Part shown: positions 38,391 to 51,167 of the stretch, piece after piece | Position numbering within the stretch: position 1 is the stretch's first letter | How the letters are laid out: each line of letters starts with the position of its first letter | Origin: Antedon mediterranea | Taxonomy: Eukaryota > Animalia > Echinodermata | Direction of reading: 5' to 3' | DNA: 64,000 nucleotides | NCBI RefSeq assembly: GCF_964355755.1 | Contig: NC_092672.1 | Location: forward strand, 7,440,001 to 7,504,000 | Translations under genes and position numbers: made by a program | The notes under the pieces: model-generated | What the model was told of the DNA's origin: nothing | The model's database searches: none | What the model saw: only the letters and a program-made list of their open reading frames with translations

Positions 38391-39126
38391 AAAATAGGTA
38401 AAATATAATCATTTGCATTGTTGGCTTCCTGTACTTATTTGATCTCCTTTAGTTGGATAGAATAAGACATTTTTGGGGTGTTTTTTTTTAATTTTTTAAA
38501 GCACATTAAGACTATGCTATATTACATGCCTTATATCAAATGTAATTTACATTTAAATGATCTTCGTCCATGTGGAAAGTTGGAACACACAAGCAAAACA
38601 ACATCGGAGAGATGATGTCAAACTCCCTAGACTGATGATGCAGTCCTATAAGCCAGCCTGTCTTTTCTTAGATATGTATTTTGTTGTACAGTAGCATTTT
38701 ATTTTCCCCTTTAAATTGTTTTGTTTTATGATCTAAACTGAATAGGGGTTGGGTCCAACAGCTCTTCCAGAGTAATTTTAATTCACTTAGGTTGACCCTA
38801 GTCTCCCCAATTTAGCTTTTTTCTTAATTGTAATATTGAAAAAATACCAAATAAATAATTAAATGAAACTTTATTTTATATAATTATTATACTAGCCTTT
38901 TAATTAAAATATGTAAATATAAGGTTTATGTATACAGTTTTATAAGTGAAATAGATGTTAATATTATATGCTAGTTAATATAATGCTTCTTCCTCTCCAG
39001 TACACAGTTGTAAAGTATGTTGTTTTATTTGACACTTAATAGTATTGGGACAATGGTCTCACTTGATCTGCTCTTTTCTTGCTCTTATACAGCGGGAGAG
39101 GTTAACTCCATCCAGAAACACGTTGA

Positions 39127-42100
39127 TTAAATTGGAGTATTTACATCCTTTCTAAAACAAAAAAGATGCAATTAGAAGTCTGACCTGTAGAACCTAGTAA
39201 ACATAATTCTGTATTCTGATTATCTTTGGTCTGTCCAAGATTAGTTATTTAGGCTGGATAAGTTGGTTTCTACATAAAAGTTGGCAATAATTGAGCCCAT
39301 GATACAACTTAACCGGGTAAAAAAAAAGCCCGTTGATTGCTTTCTCTCCGTAACCTCTATAAGATCAGGGAAGAGTGAAATTATCATCTCACTCTTTCAT
39401 GGTAAGACCAACCTGTACATTATTACTTACCCGAGATTTTCACCTTCTACTAATGAATGTGGAAGATTTAAGCCACGTGTTTCCGGAAGAAACCAAGTGA
39501 TTATGCCTGCAACCAGCGTAAGACCACCAAATATTAGATACGGTAACTGCTCAAAGAGAACTCCAGCATAGAGGATCTGAGGTGCGGATATGGCACCAAG
39601 ATTTCCAATCGTTGATGATAATCCTAACGCAGTGTTTCTATAAGAAATCATAAACTTGTATGTATCATATATCATTTACTGAAAGAACACCTTATATAAC
39701 TCTGGAAACCGGCTAAAGTAGGTCCAATAGGCCTATATACAGTTTCTATAACCATAATGAAATCGACCTAAATTCTACGCCCGACGATATCTCAAAAGAC
39801 GACTCGTCTCGTCGGGATTCAACTTCTCAGACAGTCAAGACGAGTCAAGACGTTCCGTCGGGCCTCGTCGCACGATGTTGTCTATGTTGACCTTTCATTG
39901 GTTAACTGTGAGAATGGAGGAAAGTTGCCTCACTCAATTCATCGACAACTTTCTAGGTCCAGAAGACGACCGACGTTTGCACTCCGAAAATGTGTGTCAT
40001 ACCTTATGGGTGTTGGATAAACCTCCGAGGCAACAATGTAGATAATTGTAAATGAGATACTGATGCTGAATTTTCCAACGAGTCCAGAAATCATACCCAA
40101 AATGCTGTTAGCTGTTGGAGAAATAGTTTTCTTTATATCAGTTTCTATCCTTATAATTAATTATAGACATACGGGTGATATTATTGTACACAATTTATTT
40201 CTTAAGTGGTATTTTAAAATTGAATATACAGTAGTACTTTGGCGGGTCATTCATCCATGTATTCAATAGTATAAAAGCCACTGTACAATAATAGAATATA
40301 ATACATATTATAAAATGTAAGTAGTAGTAACAGCAAAATAATTTGTTATGCGAAAAAGGCAAATCTTACCAGGTTATTGATTACTTTTTCTTTTTGTTTT
40401 TCATTACTAAAATACACTTATTTGTTGGTTTATTAAAATAATAAAAGGAGTGTAAGTTTTGCATCATCTCGATCTCTCTTTAATGAATGCGCTGACTAAT
40501 GATCGTATTTAGTCCATTTATTGGTTGTACGTATGATAAGCTTTATTATTTATCATTAAATGTTTTGATAGTGGCAGAATCCAGAGACAATTGTACTGAC
40601 ATTCATGACTATATACTCACACAAAAACGGAGAAGATGCGCAGGCTATACCAGCTAGTACCATCGCTGCACTTAAAATTGGCCGGCGTCCCATACGTTCC
40701 ATGGCGATCCATCCAAGAAAAGCAGCGGGAATTTCTACGAGACCAGCCAGTACGTTGGCAACATAATCATTGGATCCAAGAGTTACAGCACTTAATGATA
40801 ATCCGTAATAAACCAAGGAGTTTACAAACCTGGAAATTAGGAACAAAGTTAGGCATCAACTTGGATCTGAGTGGAAACTTGTTAGAAAGCGATTGAGAAA
40901 TGTTAAGATAGTTGGTATACGCTACATTCGATGTTCTGTTATTATATATAGTATATTTCTAATCTTAAAAATTCCACCTAAACTGATAATAGCATTCGTA
41001 GTGCCTTTTACATACAACTCCCACCATCACACACCCAACAATCCAGTGTAAATAGGTGTATGGCACGTTTATGACGACAACGAACAACGATAAATAGATA
41101 AATATACAATGTTCCTCCAAAATCATTCAGGCCTAATCAGAAACAAATCTGAGCTTTTCAGAAAACTGAAAATGATGGTCAATAACTGTTTAGTTTTCGG
41201 AGAGTTTGCTGTGTTGGAGAGTAGAACTAGAAGCCTAGTTTGAACCGTAGACCATACCAACAATCACTTACCATATAAAATTAATAAGAAAAAACCTCAA
41301 CCAAAGATTTTTCATGCGCAATAGATTTCGTGGTTTAAAATCGGATGATGATTTCTGGTGATTTAAAAAAATACAAGTAATAGATCAATTATATTTTAAG
41401 TCGTCGTTCGCATTGTCTGTTGTAAGCGCTGTCTACACTTTATGTGACAAAACAATGTGAATAGTTTGATTGTGTAGACAGAGCTCTACACAAGGCATGT
41501 ACCTCAATTACTGCGGGTGTTGCACATATCATTTGGGACACTCTAATGCTTTCTTGGGGTTCTTTGCTGGACCGACATGCCCGTTTCAAAATCACTTCTG
41601 TTTCTCCCATTCTGTTTCTTGCATGGAGCCATCGAGGAGATTCGGTAACAACCCTAAAAAACAATATTTACATTATTGTAACGTGAAATAACTACTGCGG
41701 TTTTCTTCATACCACGTTTTTGGGTCATCGCAAGGACGTCGTAAACGCAACAATTGCCGACGGTGATAGATCATATAGGCAAAATAATGTCCATCATATA
41801 CCTATATGATATTTGATTATGGGAGAACTTTTAGAAAACATCGGGTATGAATTATGCCACGAACCAAACTTGCCTTGTCTTAATTCACGTTGTTCCCACT
41901 AGCGACGCAACGCAGCGACGTATCGACGCAAAGTGCTGTATTGCGTAATCACAAGTGGGAACCGACGACGAAACAGTGCTGCAAACATTGCATGTTTGAT
42001 TTCACGCAGGCGGGGGCAAACACAATTATTGGAAGGGCATTTTCTTACGTTGTGTAGGTTGCGTTACGTTGCGTATCTAGTGGGAACCAAGCTTTACATT

Positions 42101-45100
42101 TAATATGTGGTTGCGTTAGTTCCCTGCAAGTTATTTTAACAGTATAATTTTATTAATGTGATTTATTACTTTGTCAATGATTTTAATAGAAAGAGGCCTT
42201 ATGTTAAACTTATGATCAATCAAAATGTGTATGTAGATAGATATAGATAGATAGCAAACTTGCATGATGATCGTCGTCGCGTCAGAACTTCGTAGTCACA
42301 AATCGAAAAAATTTCCGCGCATGCGTATAGTGCTTAAATCCAGGTCGTTGTAAATCTAAAACCTTTCACTCACAGGCAGATTAATATCCACATCGCTATA
42401 TCCGTCAATAACATTGCTAATAGCATATATCGCCAGTATGGGATTAGATAGGCGTATAAAGAAGCAAGCATATATCCGATTGCCCATTGTATTCCAATAA
42501 ATGTGCCAGCAAAAGATCGTATTGACGGTCCAACTAGTTCACATCCTGAGGAAAATTAAAATCATTTATTTAATATAATTTTCAAAATTACTTTCTCTCA
42601 CACGATTATATATTTTAACTATTTTAGAGAACTTTTTTTAGTTCCCGGTTCTTCAACAAAACTAATTCTTCTACAAAACTAATTCTTCTTCAACAACCAT
42701 TACAAAATATTTCCAGTTTTATCCAGAATAAACTTTTAAAAGCACCATCGGGTACCATTGACCTCCCTGAATAAATATTTTTTTTTTTTGTCTTATGTAG
42801 GATCGACCCACTTTTATTTCTTCATCAATAAAATGTTAGTTTACAATGAGTACATTGAGCACATGAGTAATGTAATGATACAATACAATATAATTGACAT
42901 TAACTAACTTTCAGTACAAAAAAATTCCTCTATGTTATACACTCTTTACACGTTTTTCAATCCTTAACAATGTACGTATAATTTACCACAGAATTCTTAA
43001 TTTTATAACTCTTTTTATCTCTTTCAGGCAAGTTATATTTTACTTTACCTAAATATCAATTTTATAAACGTTAATTTTATACCTTGCTAAATTGTTACGG
43101 TCCATATCTGACCACATTTTTTTTTGCCTTTTCTTTATTTATTAAAAACTCACAATTGATTATATCTTCTAACTCCGCAGTGAACATTAACCATGGACAT
43201 TTTTTAACAAGTCCTAGTCTGTGTTTGACTTTATTTTTATAAACACAGAAAGTTAAAATGGAAAATATTTCATTAATTTTGACATCATATTTTCCAAGTA
43301 AAATTTTCTCCCATGTAACTTCCTGAGTAAATGCAAAACATGTTTTCAGCATAGCGCAACATTTTACCCAGCAATGTTTTACTTCTTTGCATGTAAATAA
43401 CATATGCTTTTCATTTTCAACCTCCTCATTACAATATTCACAATAATTACTGTTTGACAAATTCCATAATTTTAGCTTACACCTAGTTGGTAAAATTTTA
43501 TGTAGCAACTTAAAATTAAAGAAAGCCACTCTTTTTATGTGCAACATACTCTTAACTTTGTTTTTCCAACATAGATTCCAGTCGATAAAACAATTTTGAA
43601 GTTGGTTTTCCCATTTATCTTGTGCTTTTGGTATGCACGCTTTATATGCTACCTCGGTAAAAGTGAAATAGAATTGTTTGACAGTTGTATAATTTGAAGT
43701 AACATTAACATTTTTGTCTATTGTATCAACCTCTTTATGTATATAACAATAGGGTTTCTCAACCACTATAACTTTCCAGTTTCTTGGAATAGCGTCAATT
43801 AGTGCCATATATTTTAAAAATGCATTTTCCCTTCGTTTCAACAGTGGAGTTATTTCATTAATATGCTTAAATCTAGACTTATCCATAATATCTCCTACTG
43901 TTTTTATACCTGATTTCACCCAAGATTTACAGAATAGTGATTTTTTGTTATGCATGACATATATATTCTCCCATAACCTCTGAGTTTTTATTTCACATAT
44001 ACATTGAGGTTTTTTAGTATAAATATTATTAAACCGTATGCAGGCTTTAAGCAAATTTATATAGAATGTATTCACATATTTGAGTGCATTATGCTTCTCA
44101 AAGTTTGCTTCCGTCATACTTAATGTATAATCAATTGGATATAAATTGTATAATGGAATACATTTCCACTTTCCTGGATCCGGGCTTAGTAAACGTTTTA
44201 CCCAGCCTAACTTTAAAGATTCAATCATAGAGTTAAAGTCTATCATTTTAATCCCACCATTTTCAATGTTTTGTATCAGAGTATTTCTTTTAATTTTTTC
44301 TTTATTACCACTCCATAAAAAGTTGTATAAAATCTTGTTTATTTCAGGAATAATAGATTTTGGCAAGTCTGTGACACTTGCATTATAAATAAGTTTTGAT
44401 AACGCTAGCGTTTTAATTACCGTTATTTTCCCAAAGAATGATATTTTTCTTTTTTCCCAAGTTTTAAGGATCTTTTTTAGATTTTCAATTTTCTCATACC
44501 AATTTTTTGTATTGCAACTATCCCTGAATAAATATTTGTTTAAAAAATTGTTGTTGAATACGCCATTTTAATATCACATATTCGTTTATTTACTTTGAAA
44601 AAAAATTGGATTGAAAAAAAATTATTTGACTGAAAAAAAACTGAAAAATATATCAATTTTTGAGGTTTTTTCTACGGAAGTAATTAACTTTCTCGAAACT
44701 ACAAAATTACCTATTCAAAGAATGATTTTATTAATTTTCATTTATCATGTTCTTGGGGGACAATACACCTTTAAACGAGTTGACTCACTTACCTGGATAT
44801 AAGTTTTTAACCTACCCAAAACAAATGTAGTGAGGTAAGCTCCTTGAATGAATATCATTGCTATTGTTGCAGATATAAGAAACATCCAGTACTCCTGTGA
44901 TAGTAACTTCACTACAAGGCAAACTGAATACATACACATGCATAGTACCAAGGTTTTCTTTCGTCCCAGTCTATGATTAGGAAACGTAACGTAAAAACGT
45001 AAAACAAGTTGTTGATGCTATGCATATCATACACTAGATACATATGTTTTTTTTTTTCAAATCCTTCTAATAGCACCAAAAAATACTAAAACAGTGCCTT

Positions 45101-48100
45101 GAAAACCTGAAAATGTTGTTTGGGTAAAAATGTAGTGAAGTAGAAAATCAAATTCTGAATCGCAATCACTATGAAGTGTACATTTTCAACAACATAATTT
45201 GTAATTTTCTCATTTGGAGGTTGTGGTGCAATGGGATATCAAAATGACTAGAATTAATTGTATTTGGAAGGTATTAAACTATTTAAACCGCCTTGATTGT
45301 GTAATGGTTGTGGGGTGTATTGGGATATCATAATTACTAGAATTCGTCGTTATTGGGGAGGTTTTAAAATACATTTGAAATCTACCGTACCTGTCACTGA
45401 CGTTTCCAAATATCAATGCGCCTAATAGTACACCGAAGTAAGTTAATGAGAGCATCAAAGGTATTAAATAAGCATCTTCACACACCAAATTAAACTGTAT
45501 AGAATATATAAATATTAAAATTTATTGTTTCGGTTGTAGGCCCTAGTCCAAATGGATCGTAGGTCTTGGAAAGGAAAGGTTTATTTACGGGTCATAGTTT
45601 GAATATAAGGGTTGTCTGGGCTTGTTATGCGCTGACCTATCTAATTCGTATACTATATTGTTACTTGGTATCATTTGATCGTCCTCAGAGTGAGAATGCA
45701 CTAAGTCTAGGAAAAAGAACTTAAGTGAAATTGGCTAAAAGCTAAAACAATGAGCAAGGTTCACAGTGAGAGGAGGGAGGAAGTTTTTAAAATATTTATT
45801 ATTGTTTTTATATTATTTAGTCGCAGCCAATCATAGGTTGTTCAATCTATCTTGGCAAGGCGAGCTAGAATCATGTTGTTAGATTACCTTGGTCTATTAT
45901 TAGTTCCATGTTTTATTCCAAAGCAATGTTTGTCGAGTATTTTGGCTATTTGACCCTTTTTATCGACTGTCTGTCTGTGGGCCTATATTTAACACAGGCA
46001 ATTTGATTTATTACCACATCATACTTAATTTTACCTAAAAAGAAGTTACTTATTTTGTCATCTGTATAATAGAAAATGGAAATTAAAACGGCAATATAGG
46101 ATAATATAGCATAATAATTATAAACTCAATTTGAATAACAGAGTTGATTTATAGTGACATTTCTAGATTGTGCTTGTATGTGCGGTGTAAATTCGTTGCC
46201 ACTTCTGCTCATTAGATTTAAAATAGAAAGCAATGCTAAGACGTTTTGAGAAACCATCATTGTTTTGTTTTTGTCAGCATTTACCGGTAGGTAAAAACCT
46301 CACTACACGAGGTCAATCCATACTTCCGTCTCACGAAATGCATTTTGGGTAATGAAAGCCAACTTTTTTACAACCCACCCACGAAGTATGTGCAGCGGAA
46401 ACGGTGCACGAATTTCATATACGGTATATATACGGTATATTTATACGGTATATTTTGGGTTGGCAGCAGAAATAGTAAGTACTACTATAACGTTGTCCAC
46501 TATTTCCAAGTACCATATCATATATCATATACATTATCTATATATAAATTTACGTAAGGGCAAAATTCGGTAAATCGCGCCTTACTTTTAGAATTTTTAC
46601 TCGATGGTATGTAAAGTTGGTTCGTACTTTCGGTACTGATTTTAACCACCTGATGTAACCCTGTTTACTAATTAAATTAAGTTAGATAATTAGTTATTGA
46701 CGATTAAAACGAATTTAGGTTCAACGATTTGCCCCAGATAGGGGTGTTTTCCGATCGTGGTATACACTGTCTAATGGATGTCCATCTTGAAAAATACCCG
46801 CCACAAAAATGCGAGGAGGCTTCGCATTTTCCTATCTCCTCCTACGATAATTGTTTTTAATAGCTGAAAACCGGTTGAGCTCGAGTACAGTATCATAATG
46901 TTGAAGACAGGCCGATTTTCTTAAAAAAATACTATTTTGATAGATTTAATATACGTTTATACAAATGTATTGATTTGCGATGAATGGAACATTCCAATCT
47001 CTGTGTCGTTCCACAAGTGTCTATTCCCTCAGGCGTCGTAAAGGAAAGTACTGTATACTCATAACAGAAATTTGATCCATTTTTTTTTCAATCTGTGCTG
47101 CAGAGGTTGGATATAATTTTTTTTAAACGGATAATGAGCTAGCGTTTTCAGTCGCCGTAATTTAATATTTATTACCGATTAAATCGAATTTATGATTTGC
47201 CCCGAATAGAGGTGGTTTTCACAAATTGTTTAACATTATATATAAACATACGTCGTAGTGTATCGTAACATGTACTGTACTATTTCAATCGACTACGACG
47301 GTGATAGTTTCAACAAAGTATTACATCGCAATGTTTTACTGTGTTTAGTGGTATATTATTTGTAAAACATGTTAATTAATATTTCGTTACAAAATAAAGA
47401 ATATATTTAAAAATTGTTCCTCTTTGCACCCATCCTCTTCCCCATCTCTCAACCATATTGTTACATATATAATACAAAACACAGATTAAGTTTGTTTAAA
47501 TTTGACTTAAACAATTGGTCTCATTTTGTGACAACTTTCTCTTTCGGAAGTAATTCCCAGTGTGCTAATTTTAGTTGAGTACATAAATCACAGTTCCTGT
47601 AAACGACATATATTATTGCCCTGCATTATTGTACATTTGAAATCGCCAGTTTTTTAACGCTGAAATTACTGTGTATTCGAGAACCGTGGGCACGACCTAG
47701 ATGGTACGCGAGTTTGAAATTTAACTAAACCGGTACTTCATAATTTTCCCGAGTGTGGTTGTCAAAATAAGATTTAAGTATCAAACAATTTCCTTTTTTT
47801 TAGTTTGATTATTTTCTCTGTTACTAAATGAAGAAGTTGCATTTCTAGTTTACTATGAGAAAACTATAATAATTACTAATAAAAATCAAAGTAGTTAGGT
47901 CCTTTCTGAATGTACACTTTTAGCCAAAAGTGCGAGCGAGTGAGAATTAGATCTAAGGCCTAAATCAGTAATCATATTAGGCATATATTTTTATTGAGAC
48001 GGTTTCAGGAAAATAATAATCGTTTTTAAATATATGGAAAATAAAAACTTTTAAACTATAATTGCTAAACCAACCTCTTGTGTTACGGATGATAGATACT

Positions 48101-48497
48101 TAGTTGTATCAAACTCGTACCCATTGCCACAACGATGAATTGAAGAATTTCTCGATGTGCTCAGATTGGTAAAATTATACTTGCTACATTGATTTTCTTT
48201 TAACGGCGTGTTTTCATTGTCAACTGGTCGGTTCTCAAGTTTTAAAGTCCGACATTCAACGTCAGTAAAATTTCTTTCCGTACACAAATCGTTTAATTCT
48301 TCAACGTTGCACCAGAAATCTATCTCGGGAAACAGAAATACAACGGCGAGTGAATTCCATCCTATAGATGTAATACATAAGCTGGCTGTTACAAATGAAA
48401 CAAACAAATACTTATTACAGGAACCGATATATTTAAAAATATCGTCAAAATGAAATTTCTCCGCGTGAAGTTTGTTTGATTGGTTTTCGAGTTCCAT
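39127..48497 (-). CDS. SLC22-family organic cation transporter-like protein (paralog B), about 545 aa, 10 exons
   Basis: Exons 48497-48075, 45494-45391, 44970-44816, 42545-42374, 41653-41503, 41354-41272, 40829-40621, 40111-40003, 39637-39431 and 39151-39127 (last exon less certain) give a 1638-nt open frame. Intron phases are the same as paralog A. Motifs: FDDIFKYIG, DRLGRK, ESPRWL, ERMGRR, EVYPTPIR, LPETRG. Confidence 0.92.
42781..44520 (-). mobile_element. 5'-truncated L1/Tx1-clade LINE with poly(A) tail and about 17-bp TSD
   Basis: An uninterrupted frame runs from the truncation point to the stop at 43095 (W..RNISFFGKITVIKTL..., YNFLW, ENGG, WVKRLL, zinc knuckle CEYC...ENEKHMLFTC). Poly(T) at 42778-42789. 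TCCCTGAATAAATATTT occurs at 42764-42780 and 44521-44537. Confidence 0.92.
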
Positions 48498-49682
48498 TCT
48501 GATCAAGTCTATTGCTACAGTGTAGTAGTATAGGCTACGACGTGCAGTGCAGATTAATTTTTCCAGAATAATCACGTCACACGACGAAAAATGAATTGAT
48601 TATATTTAGGTAGGCATATGCACCGTGAGAAGAAATGCTGGTGGGTTTGTGAACTCAATGCAAACTTCCTAATTGTATAGTAATCTATGACACATGTTTT
48701 CCTTATTATTTATATTTTATTTATACAGTAGGGGGCCTAGTGTAGGTGTATCTTATCAAGGCTATATCACTGAGCATTGGTCTTACTGGACACAGGTTCC
48801 GAAGGAAACCACTACTTAATCCTTGTCCGAGGGTGTTTTATATTGAAATTGTATTTCTGATATTGAAATCATCCCAAATGTATGTTTTAATTGAACGAAA
48901 ACCCGGCCAACTTAAAAATGTGCATGTATGGCTATCATCAACAACTTTCAACTGCTTTATTGATACTGCCAATTCGTAAAATTAAAGTTGGTGTTGCGTC
49001 AATAATCGTCTGGTTTTTACATTAAATTATATAGCCAAGATTTTTTTAGGAGTACACAAGTATTCCCAGAACAGTAAACCCATGCGGAGAGTATTAGGGA
49101 GCTTATTAAAAGTGCGTTTTTTCGATCCAATATAATTTACCGTCAAGCTACATTACATATAATGTAAAAATATACTACTGTACTGTATTATGATCCATCA
49201 CTTAAGTTTGTTCGTCTTTAAACGGTTAAAAATAAGTTGATTCAAATGATTTAAGCATCCCAACATGCATTGAACGCGTATTGATATTTTTTTTTTCTAT
49301 GATTTTCACCCACCTTCGCTCGATCGTGAAAGGCCAAAACAAATGGAAAAATTCTAACTTTTCAGCAAAAATAGATTTAAATGTCTTTAAAGTAATACAC
49401 CTATATATAAATTATTTTTACAAAACGTCAACATTGTAGGGAATGGGTCTTTATATGCATTACATATCACTTGGTGCATCCACTAAATGCACACGTTTGT
49501 TGCCAAACTAAACGCACCTCCAAAATAAGTAATTAAAAACTACAGTTGTCGAAAAGCACAAAAGACAAAACACATATATTCCTATTATACTTTTTCAGCT
49601 TTATTTCATATCAGAAATGCGGTCTTATTTGACTGATCTAATTCTAGTCACCGATTTAACATTTTATTAAAGCTTTTTGTAT

Positions 49683-51133
49683 TTATTCATCATCATCATC
49701 TTCATCATCATCTTGATTGATCTGGAAGTATCTCAGTTCGTACGTTTCCTTGTTAGCTGCAACAACTCTCAACCAATCACGAAGGTTGTTCTTCTTCAAG
49801 TATTTCTTTGTCAAATACTTTAAGTACCTACAAAATATAAAACAAATTTATTTTATTTAATTTACAGGGAAAACTGTTTTTCGATTTCTGCCAAACCTTT
49901 TTCACATGAAAACTTCAAAGTTTACAGCATAACTTCAAACCTTTTAGACAATTTTGAGAATTTCGATAAAACTTTTTCGCATTAATATATCAAAGTGCAC
50001 AGAGTATGGCATATTAATGAATGCAATTAAATATCCTGAAAGTGATACCAAACGTTATGAAGTGTGATAGGCATTCTATATATAATAACAAATATGTAAC
50101 ATTGTCAAATGGCCTTCATACCTTTTAGAGAACTGGATGTCACTGGCAACCGTGAGCTTACTCTTGCTACGCTCAATCACAACATTCGTTCCAAGGTTCT
50201 TCATCTTACCGTTGACCTTGATTTTATCTTGGAGAAATTTCTCCTGATGTGGAAATTAAACAGAAACATGTTGGAATTAGGGAAGGTTGCCCTAATTCAA
50301 CTAGGGAAGGGTACCCTAGTGATTGTGGTGGCCAGCCAGCAGAAGGAGTTACAAGGGGCAGGGGTGGTAGTGGTCCTCAGCTGCTGGTATCTATCCTTAG
50401 TTAGGGAAAGTTTCCCTAATTCATTGGACAATATCATTCACTTATTTGTTGATGTACACTTGTCAACATGTAAATTCCTGTCCAGATAAAATTAAAGAAA
50501 ATGCCTTGGTAAAACATTTCAATCTATTTAGTGCATTACATTAGTTGAGAGGAAATAATGTAATAAAGATTATTCGAGTAAATCAAGATTTAGCATCGTC
50601 TTACAAAGTCAGAGGCATCCATGATTCCATCTTCCACAGGATGTGCACAATCAATGATAAACTTCAGTTGAGTCTTCTTTTTCTTGCCTTTGCCGGAACT
50701 GGCTTTGCCAACCTTTTTCTGAACTTTGACCTATTTATTAATTAGTAAATAAAGTGCACTGAAGTATAGGCTAGCAGACTAAAACTAAATTTGCTTTGTA
50801 AACAAATAACTTATGTGGTCTAAATGCGCCCTTTACTATATATCGTCAGAAACAAGAAATGGACTAGCGCCACCACCACCAGAGTGTTACCACCTGGTCA
50901 CCACCGCGCCGCCCTCACCCCCAATCAGCTGAACTGAATAGAATTTAGAAAGAAGCTTCCCTACAGAAATACGGCAAACAGGCTTTTATAATTGTATATT
51001 TTTATGAAAGTGTTTGTCATAAGATGCTAATTATATTAAAAATCAGTTGCCGATACTTTATAATAATCATATTAGTGCAAAATAGGTATTTTTAATGTAT
51101 TTTCGGCACCAATTATTCACTTACTGCAGGCAT
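49683..51133 (-). CDS. RPL22: 60S ribosomal protein L22 (eL22), 133 aa, 4 coding exons
   Basis: Exons 51133-51125, 50730-50605, 50243-50122 and 49827-49683 give [58 protein letters not shown]...[51 protein letters not shown]. Confidence 0.97.
50274..50479 (-). promoter_or_regulatory. Structured RNA element in RPL22 intron 2: three G-C-closed 7-nt-loop hairpins plus an alternative 3' splice site
   Basis: Sense-strand hairpins UUAGGG-AAACUUU-CCCUAA (50419-50401), ACUAGGG-UACCCUU-CCCUAGU (50320-50300) and GAAUUAGGG-CAACCUU-CCCUAAUUC (50298-50274). The upstream acceptor TTTTCTTTAATTTTATCTGGACAG ends at 50478. The function is inferred. Confidence 0.7.
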
Positions 51134-51149
51134 GATGGAAGTCGGAACG

Positions 51150-51167
51150 TAAAAGAAAGATGAAAGG
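51150..51167 (-). promoter_or_regulatory. TCT initiator / 5'TOP pyrimidine tract of RPL22
   Basis: The - strand reads CCTTTCATCTTTCTTTT about 25 nt upstream of the ATG, as expected for a ribosomal-protein gene. The TSS is probably near 51159. Confidence 0.75.

Noticed and set aside
43095-44366. 423-aa ORF as a host gene nested in an intron
   Set aside because: It is the post-RT part of a LINE ORF2, bounded by poly(A) and a TSD, with no true start codon.
50109-50489. 126-aa + strand ORF
   Set aside because: It is antisense to RPL22 exon 3/intron 2 and has no recognisable motif; its openness is explained by the coding and GC-rich structured sequence.
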